The translations under genes were made by a program, and so were the position numbers. The notes under the pieces are model-generated. The model did not search any database, had not been told where the DNA came from, and saw only the letters and a program-made list of their open reading frames with translations. A stretch of DNA of 64,000 nucleotides from a virus (Duplodnaviria > Caudoviricetes), in IMG/VR virus record IMGVR_UViG_3300014204_000130, positions 44,146-108,145 of that record. One strand, written 5' to 3'. This document shows, piece by piece, positions 17,120 to 26,888 of this stretch (position 1 is its first letter; every line of letters begins with the position of its first letter).

Positions 17120-17494
17120 ATGGACTTTTCAAACTTGCATAAAACTCGTGGAACTATTCTTTCTCGTCTTGAACTCATTGATCAATTTCTTACGGTTCCA
17201 ACTGGATTTTCAAAACATATCAAACTTGGATATGTCAATGAAGATGGATGGGATATGTTTATCTCCGTGACATCCAAATATGGACTTGCTTTGGCTATTG
17301 ACAATCAATCTGATACATATGAATATCAAAAATTAAAATATATTCCAATGCATATCAGAAGAATTGCTCTTGAGAAAACCCTCGAAATTCTCAAAGATCT
17401 CGAAAAGTGGTATACGACACAAACCGAATTGAATGTTAAAAGTATTCTCGATGCAGATGAATACATTAAATCCTTACTGAAGAAAGGAAATTAA
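17120..17494 (+). CDS. hypothetical protein, tandem paralog B
   Basis: MDFSNLHKTRGTILSRLELID...SILDADEYIKSL. Confidence 0.75.
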   Translation: MDFSNLHKTRGTILSRLELIDQFLTVPTGFSKHIKLGYVNEDGWDMFISVTSKYGLALAIDNQSDTYEYQKLKYIPMHIRRIALEKTLEILKDLEKWYTTQTELNVKSILDADEYIKSLLKKGN

Positions 17495-17496
17495 AT

Positions 17497-18138
17497 ATGA
17501 AATTCAAACTTACGGAAAATTTTAAAATTGTTAATGGTATTAAGTTTTTCCAAATTCAGGCTTTGAAATCTTTTGAACGTATAATCTCTGGTGAGCTTGG
17601 AGGTTGGATTGAAAAAGACTCCAATCTTTCACAAGAATTAAATGCTTGGGTATATGGGGATGCTCGGGTATATGGGGATGCTCGGGTATATGGGGATGCT
17701 TGGGTATCTGGGAATGCTCAGGTATATGGGAATGCTCAGGTATCTGGGAATGCTCGGGTATATGGGGATGCTCGGGTATATGGGGATGCTTGGGTATCTG
17801 GGAATGCTCAGGTATATGGGAATGCTCAGGTATCTGGGAATGCTCAGGTATATGGGAATGCTCAGGTATCTGGGAATGCTCAGGTATATGGGAATGCTCA
17901 GGTATTTCATGTAGAACATATTAATGTAGTAAAATGTTTACAACTATCGATCCATCATATAACAATCGATGGAGAATTTTTAAACATCGGATGTTGTTCT
18001 TTTAAAATCGAGCATTGGTTGAAAAACTATAAAGTAATTGGAATTAAAAACAACTATTCTGAAAGTCAGATAGAAGAATATGGAAACGCTATCCGATTTA
18101 TAAAAAGAACTTATTTCAAGAAGGAGAAATCTAAATGA
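17497..18138 (+). CDS. phage hexapeptide-repeat (beta-helix) protein
   Basis: FQIQALKSF..GELGGWIE head followed by 18-nt repeats encoding G[DN]A[RWQ]V[YS]. Confidence 0.85.
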   Translation: MKFKLTENFKIVNGIKFFQIQALKSFERIISGELGGWIEKDSNLSQELNAWVYGDARVYGDARVYGDAWVSGNAQVYGNAQVSGNARVYGDARVYGDAWVSGNAQVYGNAQVSGNAQVYGNAQVSGNAQVYGNAQVFHVEHINVVKCLQLSIHHITIDGEFLNIGCCSFKIEHWLKNYKVIGIKNNYSESQIEEYGNAIRFIKRTYFKKEKSK

Positions 18139-18307
18139 AATATTGTATTGTTTTCAACATCAATGGAAATGATGTAAAATCAATCGGATCATTTGAAAAT
18201 GAATCCGATGCAATTAACTTTGGATTAACAAATTTAAAAGTTACTTTTTGGACAACAACAGTCATTACTCCAGAAGGATATATTTTATTAAACAAGGAGA
18301 AATCTAA

Positions 18308-18730
18308 ATGAAAATTCCAGAATTCACAATGCCCGAACCCATCACAGAACAAACACAGATTCAAATGCTTGAATCTCGTATCAAGGAACTTGAATATCAA
18401 CTCAATTCTCTCAACAAGTTCGAAGGGAAACCCTTCTATCATAAGGCCGATTTGGTTCATGTATCGATGGGATTGAACGATGAACAATTCCACGATCTTT
18501 CTAAGATTGTAAGATATTGGTTGAACAAATACGTTGGTTCTGGAGAACCTTCCAGAATCTTTCAGGAGATCGAAGAAGCCCCTCTATCTCTCCGTGAGAA
18601 GATCTATCTCACATATAAAATATCTGCCAACTTGGTTGGTGGCCCCGGAGGTGGAGGATGTGGCCCAAGCATCAAAGTTGGATCATTGGAGGATTTCATG
18701 AAGATGATCCAAGCAGGTTTACCAAAATGA
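18308..18730 (+). CDS. hypothetical protein
   Basis: AAGGAG RBS. Confidence 0.65.
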   Translation: MKIPEFTMPEPITEQTQIQMLESRIKELEYQLNSLNKFEGKPFYHKADLVHVSMGLNDEQFHDLSKIVRYWLNKYVGSGEPSRIFQEIEEAPLSLREKIYLTYKISANLVGGPGGGGCGPSIKVGSLEDFMKMIQAGLPK

Positions 18731-18966
18731 AGATAATTGACAAGATTAGAATTCGCGATACAAAAAATATTTCAAATTATGGACATAAACTTACAAAATT
18801 TAAACATCTTGTTATCTATGATGTAACTGATAAACTTCTAAGGATTTTGGCACAGTGTAAAGTCTGTCATGGAGGTATCATGATTACATTTAACACACGT
18901 TATAAAACTATTAACCGAACTGGAAACTTAATTGGTAGTCATCTGATATGTAATTGTGAAAAATGA
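18727..18966 (+). CDS. hypothetical protein
   Basis: ATGA overlap. Confidence 0.5.
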   Translation: MKIIDKIRIRDTKNISNYGHKLTKFKHLVIYDVTDKLLRILAQCKVCHGGIMITFNTRYKTINRTGNLIGSHLICNCEK

Positions 18967-19181
18967 CACGAGAACAAAAAAGATTAATAGCCTTCAATGT
19001 TGCATCGATCATATCTACATCGTCGGATGTTAAATCTGACATGATAGATATGATCGATAGACTTGCAATTGTGTTTGATATAGATCCAAATTATGTCAGG
19101 GAAGAATCATTCTATCATTCAACCATAATTGCTTCAATGCTTGAACATTACAATATCAATCAAACAACAATGGTTAGTTAA
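18963..19181 (+). CDS. hypothetical protein
   Basis: ATGA overlap. Confidence 0.5.
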   Translation: MTREQKRLIAFNVASIISTSSDVKSDMIDMIDRLAIVFDIDPNYVREESFYHSTIIASMLEHYNINQTTMVS

Positions 19182-19213
19182 TTAACCATTTACTTAATCT
19201 AAGGAGAATAAAA

Positions 19214-19774
19214 ATGTTTCGTAACTTCAATAATATTAAGATCACAAAGGATTCAATCTTGTTCGTGATGGAAACAACTTTGGAAGAAGTATCGATTAAA
19301 TATGATTTGAATATCGATTGGATGTCCGAAGTTGTAAAAACTTTGCATGGAACCGAAGGAGAATCCATGTTCCTTGGTGGTAGTTGGTTGATTATTCGTA
19401 AAAATAAAATCGAATATAAAGTCTACATGCATCCAGTTATCAGATATTACATCAACAAATCATTGAATGGTACTGGAGAATTCGATCTCAACTATCGGAA
19501 ACAATTGCGCGGCCAATTCTCCAGAAAGCATATGGATGTGTTCTTTATGGATGCCATTGATCAAGAATATGTGGGAGATGAAATCTTTCAAGAGGCTATT
19601 AATAATATAAAATTATTGGCCGAAGAATTCTCATTTGGTATTGAATCCAAACCAACCATTATATTTGCTCCTGCACTTACATATTTAATTGATGATCAAC
19701 AGGGTAATGAAGATCCAATGTTCTCATACATCATCATCAAGAATTCCAAGGTGGTAAATGAAGGAGTTCGCTGA
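19214..19774 (+). CDS. hypothetical protein
   Basis: AAGGAG RBS; 186 aa. Confidence 0.7.
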   Translation: MFRNFNNIKITKDSILFVMETTLEEVSIKYDLNIDWMSEVVKTLHGTEGESMFLGGSWLIIRKNKIEYKVYMHPVIRYYINKSLNGTGEFDLNYRKQLRGQFSRKHMDVFFMDAIDQEYVGDEIFQEAINNIKLLAEEFSFGIESKPTIIFAPALTYLIDDQQGNEDPMFSYIIIKNSKVVNEGVR

Positions 19775-19943
19775 TGATTGAATTAATTGAAATCGTTGGA
19801 TTAATATTTCTGTTTATAATTCGGATTACTGCATTGTTCTTGTATGTATATGTAGTTGGATTGATTGCACTTTGCGCACTCATGTTATTCCCATATGTTG
19901 TGGGAATAATGTGTGTTGGAATCATGTTGAAAGGAGTATTGAA

Positions 19944-20267
19944 ATGATTCGACAGGATATTACATTGGTTGAATATGCTCGATCTCTAGGATATAGAATT
20001 GATCGTGGAAGAGATGACTTCTTATTGGTTAATGGAAAACTTCCAACCTACAAATATGGAAGAGAAGAACATATTGGTTGTTCTGGAGATAGTTATAAGT
20101 TTTATCGTGGGAAAATAGCTATCTGGTTGGCAAGTAGAGTTGTTGGTAATAATCGAGTAATGTGTTGGATATGTGCCACTTGTAATGAAGAAGGAGGCTT
20201 TCTATTGAATCCTCAATATTATGATGATCTTAAAATAGCATTAGATGAAGGAGTATTGAAATGTTAA
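19944..20267 (+). CDS. hypothetical protein
   Basis: The junction aaggagtattgaaatg is repeated before the next gene. Confidence 0.6.
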   Translation: MIRQDITLVEYARSLGYRIDRGRDDFLLVNGKLPTYKYGREEHIGCSGDSYKFYRGKIAIWLASRVVGNNRVMCWICATCNEEGGFLLNPQYYDDLKIALDEGVLKC

Positions 20268-20593
20268 TTCTTTCTGAAGAAGAATATCTTTCAATCAATG
20301 GTGCAAGTAGACAAGGCATTGGAGATTGTGCCTTGCATAAAAACATTAAGGAGAATCAAAAACAAGAACTGGTTGAACGACAAGCACAAAAGGATCGTGA
20401 GTTGTTGGATCGTCGTGAAACTCTTCGTAAAGAATATCAACTCAAATTGGAAGCTGGAGAAGTCCGACCTCCAACCAGAACTGAACGATTGATTATGACT
20501 GCCAATGGACATGATGATCGTGGAGACGTTAAAGCGGCTCGGAGAATTCTTGAAAAACAAGGAATTGAATGGAGGAATGTAAAAGTTATATGA
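20261..20593 (+). CDS. hypothetical protein
   Basis: AAGGAG RBS. Confidence 0.65.
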   Translation: MLILSEEEYLSINGASRQGIGDCALHKNIKENQKQELVERQAQKDRELLDRRETLRKEYQLKLEAGEVRPPTRTERLIMTANGHDDRGDVKAARRILEKQGIEWRNVKVI

Positions 20594-20817
20594 AAAAAGT
20601 TACACGTTGGGAATCCATTGATGGTAGATCATTCAAGACCGAACATGAATGTATGTTGTATGAGACAGAAGATCGACTGATAAACATGTTGATTGAATTG
20701 ATTGACAATTATATCATTGGTAATGAACTGGACCATGCAAAGTTCACAGTCCGATTCAAAGAATTATTCACATTGGGAATTCGGGAACTCAAGAATACAA
20801 AAGGAGAATCAAAATGA
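20590..20817 (+). CDS. hypothetical protein
   Basis: ATGA overlap. Confidence 0.55.
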   Translation: MKKVTRWESIDGRSFKTEHECMLYETEDRLINMLIELIDNYIIGNELDHAKFTVRFKELFTLGIRELKNTKGESK

Positions 20818-21206
20818 ATAACAAAGAAACATTGAAATGTTTTGACATCATGAGTGCATTTATAGATGGAAAGATTGTTCAATGTAAATGGAGAACTGAT
20901 GTCGAATGGCGTGAATTGTCAACCATTGACCCAGTTTGGAATTGGACTGATTTTGAATATAGAATCAAAGCCGAACCATCGTATCGTCCTTGGAGAACCG
21001 TGGATGAAGTTCCAGTTGGGGCAATCATTCGCGATAAAAGATCTTCTAATTTGAGAACGATGATTGGAGGTGTATGGACTCGAAAGAATGGAGAATCAAC
21101 GGTTGTGAAGTTAATGGCAGGTCATACAGATCCCGTTACTACCCCATGGCTATTGGAAAATTACACATTGGATGATGGTTCGCCCTGTGGCATAAAGATA
21201 GAATAG
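20814..21206 (+). CDS. hypothetical phage protein
   Basis: AFIDGKIVQ...PVWNW..EYRIK.EP.YRPW...DDGSPCG pattern common in phage ORFs. Confidence 0.7.
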   Translation: MNNKETLKCFDIMSAFIDGKIVQCKWRTDVEWRELSTIDPVWNWTDFEYRIKAEPSYRPWRTVDEVPVGAIIRDKRSSNLRTMIGGVWTRKNGESTVVKLMAGHTDPVTTPWLLENYTLDDGSPCGIKIE

Positions 21207-21230
21207 TCGTCCAACAAAAGACAAATCTGC

Positions 21231-21266
21231 AACCCCACCAGAACATCGGTGGGGTTTTTTGTTGTC
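21231..21266 (+). terminator. intrinsic terminator, copy 1 of a 36-nt direct repeat
   Basis: aaccccacc-agaacatc-ggtggggtt followed by a T tract. Confidence 0.8.
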
Positions 21267-21331
21267 AATTTCATGACGATTGCGTATCATGTATGCGTGG
21301 TAATCATGCCGCCAGTTAAAGGGGGAGATAT

Positions 21332-21820
21332 ATGAAGGTAGGTGATATATACAATGAATGCGAAGTTATGGAATTGCTTCCAGATCCAAAGTGTCCCATT
21401 GGTGGAAGACATCCAACTGCAAGGGTCAGGTGTTTTTGTGGGAAGATATTCATTTGCCAACGTGGAAACTTATCTAATGGCAATACCCGTTCGTGTGGTT
21501 GTTTGAATATTCAATTATTAATTGGAAGATCAACTACACATGGTATGTCGAAGACTCCAATCTATCATGTCTGGGAAGATATGATATCCAGATGTTCAAA
21601 TCCGAATTCATGCAATTGGGATAACTATGGTGGACGTGGAATTGAAGTTTGTGAACGATGGAGAAAGTTCGAAAACTTCTTTCAAGATATGGGAGATATC
21701 CCGGAAGATGGATTGACAATTGATCGTAAGAACAACGAAGGCAATTACGAGAAAGACAATTGTCGATGGGCAACCCGGTTACAACAAGCAAGAAATCGAA
21801 GGCCGCATATAAAAGAATAA
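21332..21820 (+). CDS. HNH homing endonuclease
   Basis: CFCG, TRSCGC, HGMS, W..MISRC, YGGRGI.VCERW, TIDRKNNEGNYEKDNCRWAT..QARN. Confidence 0.9.
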   Translation: MKVGDIYNECEVMELLPDPKCPIGGRHPTARVRCFCGKIFICQRGNLSNGNTRSCGCLNIQLLIGRSTTHGMSKTPIYHVWEDMISRCSNPNSCNWDNYGGRGIEVCERWRKFENFFQDMGDIPEDGLTIDRKNNEGNYEKDNCRWATRLQQARNRRPHIKE

Positions 21821-21837
21821 TTGTCCAACAAAAGACA

Positions 21838-21873
21838 AACCCCACCAGAACATCGGTGGGGTTTTTTGTTGTC
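21838..21873. terminator. terminator between converging transcription units, copy 2 of the 36-nt repeat
   Basis: Identical to 21231-21266. Confidence 0.8.
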
Positions 21874-21882
21874 TATTTGAAT

Positions 21883-22491
21883 TCAGATTTTCAACAGGTC
21901 TTCTGGTATGTCTTCCAATTCAAGATCTGGAGTAGATGTTTTCTTGAATGTCACTACTTCCAATTTTGAATCTTCATCCAGTTTTGCAAGTTCAAGTGTG
22001 TGACCATTCTCTATTTCTTTCTGAGAAATAATTGCACTCACAGCAGTCTTTTTCATGGTATCCATGAATGATCGCAACAATTCCATTTTCAATTGCTTTG
22101 CCTCTTCATCGGTTCCAGTTACTCGGGACTGTTCAAATTTCTGTGAAATGTTTTGAGTATCCAGATATTCTTTCAATATTGATTCGGTATCATTCATCTG
22201 CGTCATGGTTTTCAAACCATAATTTCCGACATATTTGAACAATGAAAGAATCTTATCTAATGGCATTGTTGCCATAGATTCATCAGAGAACAATCGCTTA
22301 TCTAGTTTATCAATCCACTCTTCCAATTTTATCAACAACTTCTGTCGGATATTGGTTGATAACTTGAGAGTCTGTAACAATTGACGTTTTCTGAGAATCT
22401 GAACTTTTCTATTCAAATTATCAATGGTTGCTGAACGATCTTCCAATACACAAAGATCATTCCTACCAATTCGAATTGTTTCATTTTTCAT
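21883..22491 (-). CDS. hypothetical helical protein
   Basis: 202-aa ORF with ATGA coupling. Confidence 0.65.
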   Translation of the reverse strand: MKNETIRIGRNDLCVLEDRSATIDNLNRKVQILRKRQLLQTLKLSTNIRQKLLIKLEEWIDKLDKRLFSDESMATMPLDKILSLFKYVGNYGLKTMTQMNDTESILKEYLDTQNISQKFEQSRVTGTDEEAKQLKMELLRSFMDTMKKTAVSAIISQKEIENGHTLELAKLDEDSKLEVVTFKKTSTPDLELEDIPEDLLKI

Positions 22492-22820
22492 TTGTGATGG
22501 GCCTCAAATAACTTTGCCTGTGTGTAATAGTCGTGTTTCTTGTCTATTATACAATTTTCATGTGGAGTTGCATAGACAAATGATAACAGTCTGAATAAAT
22601 ATTTCAAAATGTGGTTGTTTCTGTACTTTTTCAGACTATTCTTTCGGATTGATCTGATATAAGACTGTGGAATATGACATGATTCTGGATCGTATTTCTT
22701 GAGAATTCCAAAAAATAATCTCAATGCAACCATCCGATGTTCATAACTACATTTAATCTTCGACGTAGTTATCATTGAATCAAATAATTGATTTAAACTT
22801 TTTTCAATTTGATTAAACAA
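22488..22820 (-). CDS. hypothetical protein
   Basis: ORF within the operon. Confidence 0.5.
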   Translation of the reverse strand: MFNQIEKSLNQLFDSMITTSKIKCSYEHRMVALRLFFGILKKYDPESCHIPQSYIRSIRKNSLKKYRNNHILKYLFRLLSFVYATPHENCIIDKKHDYYTQAKLFEAHHK

Positions 22821-23700
22821 AACAGATTCTCAGGAAGTTCTTGTATAGATTTCCAAGATTTCGTTCACCTAACAATTCATGTAATCGATCTTTACTACTC
22901 TTTGTTTCATGTTGGATTAAATATTTAATCCGAGTTTGCAATTTTTCGTCCAAGATTGGAATTCTCAAAGACATGAGTTTAATATTTCTATTTAAAATAT
23001 CAATCCCTTCGATCATCGCTATTTCTTTCTTACTTCTGTCGGACTTCCCGGCAATGCCATCCAATATGGCTTGGAGTCCACCGTATTCCTCAATCAATTT
23101 CTTGGCCGATTTAGGACCAATTCCAAAGATTCCGGGAATATTATCGGATGTCTTGGAGTTCTCACCCACCATACATTTGTAATCTAAGAAGTATTTCTTT
23201 TCAATATCCATTACATATTTGAAATTCTCTTCATCGATTGTAATGCCTTTGGTTGGTTCAAACACTACAATATTTGGTCCGATCAATTGCAATAAATCTT
23301 TGTCAGTTGAAACCAGAATTACATGATTATGTGCTTTAAGCATAGATGCAACACATGCAATATAATCATCAGCTTCGTATCCAGCACCTTCCAATGATAT
23401 GAATCCACATGCTTTAATTAATTCAATGAAGAATTTATTATCTACACGATAACGTAATCGTTCCTCTTCGTTATCATCCTCTTCTCTTCTGGCTTTGTAT
23501 TCCGGATATAAAGTACAACGCCTTTCAGATTTACATGTATCGAATGTAAAAACGAATCTTTTGTCAGAATGTTTTTCACGGAATGACAGAAAAGAATTCA
23601 ATATTGATTCAAGATATCCAGCGTTTTTACGATCAATTGCATAATACAAACGACTGAATAAATTCTTTCCGTCGATCACCATTACTTTCTTTTCTGACAT
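22813..23700 (-). CDS. 5'-3' exonuclease / flap endonuclease (PolA N-terminal or T4 RNase H family)
   Basis: VIDGKN, YPEYKARR, YEADD, STDKDLLQL, SDNIPGIFGIGPKSA. Confidence 0.92.
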   Translation of the reverse strand: MSEKKVMVIDGKNLFSRLYYAIDRKNAGYLESILNSFLSFREKHSDKRFVFTFDTCKSERRCTLYPEYKARREEDDNEEERLRYRVDNKFFIELIKACGFISLEGAGYEADDYIACVASMLKAHNHVILVSTDKDLLQLIGPNIVVFEPTKGITIDEENFKYVMDIEKKYFLDYKCMVGENSKTSDNIPGIFGIGPKSAKKLIEEYGGLQAILDGIAGKSDRSKKEIAMIEGIDILNRNIKLMSLRIPILDEKLQTRIKYLIQHETKSSKDRLHELLGERNLGNLYKNFLRICFV

Positions 23701-23714
23701 TTGAGAGTCCTTTT

Positions 23715-23750
23715 AAATAAAATAGAGGGTAGGTTGCCCTACCCTCTTAT
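23715..23750 (-). terminator. intrinsic terminator
   Basis: Stem agagggtagg/cctaccctct with a U-rich tail on the - strand. Confidence 0.6.
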
Positions 23751-23766
23751 TCTACCACATGGAGAA

Positions 23767-24120
23767 CTACTTTGCAACCTTAGTCGCCTTTACGGGAGCC
23801 GCGACAACCGGAGTAGCAACGGCAACGGGAGCTGCTTTCTTTCCACGCTTCTTTGCCGCTCGTGCAGCGCGTGCATCGGCCATTCTGGCCTTTGTCTGGT
23901 CACTGATATTGCGCCTTCTAACTGGAAGTGCTGCTTTCATTGATTGAAGTTCTGCACGACCAAGACTACATGCTTTCCGAATTGCAAGGAAACACTTTCT
24001 TGCAACGGCTGCGGAACGCTTCTTGTTGTCCGAAATGAATTTGTAAATCTCACCTTCAACCATTTGCAGGTTGCTTTTGATCTGTGAAAGAATCGGTTCA
24101 AACTTGTTATTGGTGCTCAT
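23767..24120 (-). CDS. histone H1-like (Hc1-family) nucleoid-associated protein
   Basis: KF..DNKKRSAAVARK..L.I.K....R.E motif and a Lys/Ala-rich tail; has its own promoter and terminator. Confidence 0.6.
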   Translation of the reverse strand: MSTNNKFEPILSQIKSNLQMVEGEIYKFISDNKKRSAAVARKCFLAIRKACSLGRAELQSMKAALPVRRRNISDQTKARMADARAARAAKKRGKKAAPVAVATPVVAAPVKATKVAK

Positions 24121-24153
24121 ATGAAACTCCTTGAATTTTAAAATTGTATTTTT

Positions 24154-24182
24154 ACAATAACATGAACTGTATTGCTTGTCAA
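24154..24182 (-). promoter_or_regulatory. sigma70-type promoter
   Basis: TTGACA-N17-TATTGT with TG extended -10. Confidence 0.6.
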
Positions 24183-24548
24183 TTAGTTAGCCAAGATTAT
24201 TTTCTTTTCCGGTGGAAGTGCAATGTCACATTTTGCAGATGCACATTGATCAATCATTTCAACCAATACATCATAACGTGGATCATTTCCATGAATTTCT
24301 TCATAAGCCATAACCATCGAAACATTCAAATGCTTTGAATACTTCGGATTATCGCCATTGATAGTCGTTTGAACTTTTTTCCCGTTTATTGCACGAGAAA
24401 ATGAATACATGAAATCTTCCGGAGAAACTTCCAGAAAATTATTATTCAATCGAAACTCAGAAGAAAGCACCATTGTAAGTCCATCGCCTGCTGTTGTGGA
24501 AATACGGTAGATCGTGTTCTTTGCCGTCATTGCTTCCCGAACATTCAT
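24183..24548 (-). CDS. hypothetical protein
   Basis: AGGAG RBS. Confidence 0.6.
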   Translation of the reverse strand: MNVREAMTAKNTIYRISTTAGDGLTMVLSSEFRLNNNFLEVSPEDFMYSFSRAINGKKVQTTINGDNPKYSKHLNVSMVMAYEEIHGNDPRYDVLVEMIDQCASAKCDIALPPEKKIILAN

Positions 24549-24551
24549 TAC

Positions 24552-25787
24552 TTAACTCCTATCGATTCTTAATCTTTCAAAAACTGGATGTCGTAACGAT
24601 TTATCTTTCGTTACTTCCATATACGTTATTTCGATCAACTTGTCAATCATTTTATCTTTTTCCATCCAAAATGATTTCCTTTGTTCATCCGTAAATCCCG
24701 AACCAACATTTACTTTTACTCCATAGAAATCAACAGTAAATGCTCCAAGCATTCCTTCATACTTGGTTCCTTTATCTCCTTCAATACAACAAATTACTCT
24801 GACATCTTCACTGTGCTTGTCTTTGAATTTCAACCACATCTTTGAACGTTTGAATTCATATTTTGATTGAGGATGCTTAACCATTATCCCCTCTTTACCT
24901 TGATCAATATATTTACGTGCAAGTTTCAAGAGTAAAGGATAACTAGAAGCCAGCTTTACATATGGAACAAAACTTACATATTCCGACGATTTCAATGTTG
25001 ATAGTTGAAATACTCTTTCAACAAGTAGTCTTTCAGTATCAATTACATCAAAGATTGCATATTTACATTGATTTCGGATGATCGTATTATCCAAGTCGAT
25101 TGTCTTTCGTTGGACAATTTTCATCAACTTCTGGAAATCGGAAGCGTAAATCTCACCGTCAAGAGTGATATTCAAATGTCCAAAATTCCTGATAACATCT
25201 CGTTTAATATTCTCCAAAAGGAATTCCGGGAGGACATGACCATCCCGAGAGGTGAAAGTTGCAACGCCATCCTTAATCTCACACGTCGCACGAATCCCAT
25301 CGATTTTCAGGTTCACATATACCCAAGGGGTATCGGCGAATAAACGTGTGAAGTCTTCTTCAGTCGCTTTTGTCGCAAGCATGATTCCCATCTCCTTGAG
25401 AAGACCGGGAAATGCTTTGTTGATTGTCTTAACAGAAATCCCAATTCCAAGATCCCGATCAAGACCTCTCAAGAAATATTCTTGAACGAGTTTGGTATGC
25501 ATGGTGAGAAAGGTCTGGATCAATTGGATCTTTGCATTCCGGCCATCGGTTATTAAAATCTTATTAAACAGATGAATCGGAAATTTATTATTCAATCCAG
25601 ATCCATTCAATTTGATCTGTTTGGATGTGATATCAAATGTAATATCCTTTGAATATACAAATTGAAAAAGTGCTTTCAAATCATCTTGATTCTCAGTTGC
25701 ATCTGCATGAGAATAGAATTTGAGAAGTCTTACTTTTTCAGTTGATGAATTTGTATGTTTAATCTGTTCAAGTAATTCTGCTATCAT
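24552..25787 (-). CDS. lig: ATP-dependent DNA ligase
   Basis: KIDGIR, LDGEI, FDVI, EGIMVK, WLKFK, VGSGFTDEQR, SLRHPVF..LR. Confidence 0.93.
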   Translation of the reverse strand: MIAELLEQIKHTNSSTEKVRLLKFYSHADATENQDDLKALFQFVYSKDITFDITSKQIKLNGSGLNNKFPIHLFNKILITDGRNAKIQLIQTFLTMHTKLVQEYFLRGLDRDLGIGISVKTINKAFPGLLKEMGIMLATKATEEDFTRLFADTPWVYVNLKIDGIRATCEIKDGVATFTSRDGHVLPEFLLENIKRDVIRNFGHLNITLDGEIYASDFQKLMKIVQRKTIDLDNTIIRNQCKYAIFDVIDTERLLVERVFQLSTLKSSEYVSFVPYVKLASSYPLLLKLARKYIDQGKEGIMVKHPQSKYEFKRSKMWLKFKDKHSEDVRVICCIEGDKGTKYEGMLGAFTVDFYGVKVNVGSGFTDEQRKSFWMEKDKMIDKLIEITYMEVTKDKSLRHPVFERLRIDRS

Positions 25788-26314
25788 AATTTCATCGTTT
25801 CCTTTTCCATATTATCATATTGGTTAAACATGATTTCCAGATCATTCGAATCCAAAAGTAATTTCTCTTTTTGCAAAAATACTCTATCGTATCTATTTAC
25901 AAATTCAAGGAATTCAAGTCTTTGATCAAGAGTATATTTTCGTCGTTCAAATTCAATTTCAACACGGCGATAATCGGATAAGTCCAACAATGGACGACGA
26001 TCTAAGGCTTTCTTGAAATAGCTTTCCAATGTCGCCTTAACTAATTCTTTTATCTTCATGAGATGAAAGATATTTCGAATTGAATATTTTTCAATCAACT
26101 CTGTAAGAATTTCAATTCCAAAGTTGAATATGAAATCTGTGATGAATGTAACTCCCAAATTTGAGGAATTGCACAAGACATAAATATACGACATTTTTGC
26201 ATAGATATCCGTGGGAATGACAAGTTCAACCAATCTGAATTGTTTCTTTTCAAATGCTTTAAGAATTTTATGCTTTCCATAAATCTCCCTAAGCGTTTGC
26301 AATCGCTTCGACAT
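25784..26314 (-). CDS. hypothetical protein
   Basis: 176-aa ORF within the operon. Confidence 0.6.
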   Translation of the reverse strand: MSKRLQTLREIYGKHKILKAFEKKQFRLVELVIPTDIYAKMSYIYVLCNSSNLGVTFITDFIFNFGIEILTELIEKYSIRNIFHLMKIKELVKATLESYFKKALDRRPLLDLSDYRRVEIEFERRKYTLDQRLEFLEFVNRYDRVFLQKEKLLLDSNDLEIMFNQYDNMEKETMKL

Positions 26315-26888
26315 TGGTTACTCCATTCTCAATTCGGAATCGATATACTTTATCAGATTTGTCGGCAATCTGATCTTCATGTGTGATCATGATAAATTGC
26401 ATTCCGAATTCCTTGGATACCTGACATAACCATTCAACTGCAAGATTAAGTCTTTCACTGTCCAAATTCTTGAAGGGTTCATCGAAAATGATTGTCTGTC
26501 GAAGTGTTGCTGAAAACATTCTAACAAAAGATATTCGCAATGCCGTAGTGATGATATCCATAACTCCCCCACCCTTGGCATCTGTAAGTGGAGTTAAGTT
26601 TCCATCAGTTTCCATATACATGTCATATGCAATGATCTTCTTACCCTTATTCACAATGATCTTGAACTTGATTTCTTTATCGACATAGATGCATTTCAAG
26701 GCACTGTTCGCCAAAGATTCAAGTTTATTCTTAATAATGGACCGGGTGTGTTCTGAAAAGTCCATCAAAAGATTTTTGACGTTTGACAACAAAATCAAAT
26801 CCGACTTCATCTTCTCAATCCTATTTGTATTTTCTTCAAACTGATTGAGAAGATGTTTGTATTTTGATTTAACTTCGATGTTATCCAT
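26289..26888 (-). CDS. sbcC: SbcC/Rad50 ATPase, C-terminal half
   Basis: Signature-like AKGGG, Walker B/D-loop IIFDEPFKNLD, H-loop MITHE. Confidence 0.8.
   Translation of the reverse strand: MDNIEVKSKYKHLLNQFEENTNRIEKMKSDLILLSNVKNLLMDFSEHTRSIIKNKLESLANSALKCIYVDKEIKFKIIVNKGKKIIAYDMYMETDGNLTPLTDAKGGGVMDIITTALRISFVRMFSATLRQTIIFDEPFKNLDSERLNLAVEWLCQVSKEFGMQFIMITHEDQIADKSDKVYRFRIENGVTNVEAIANA

Noticed and set aside
17638-17924. Repetitive ORFs in three alternative frames; possible CRISPR or DGR
   Set aside because: These are 18-nt coding repeats of the hexapeptide protein; there are no unique spacers, no reverse transcriptase and no adenine-specific variation.
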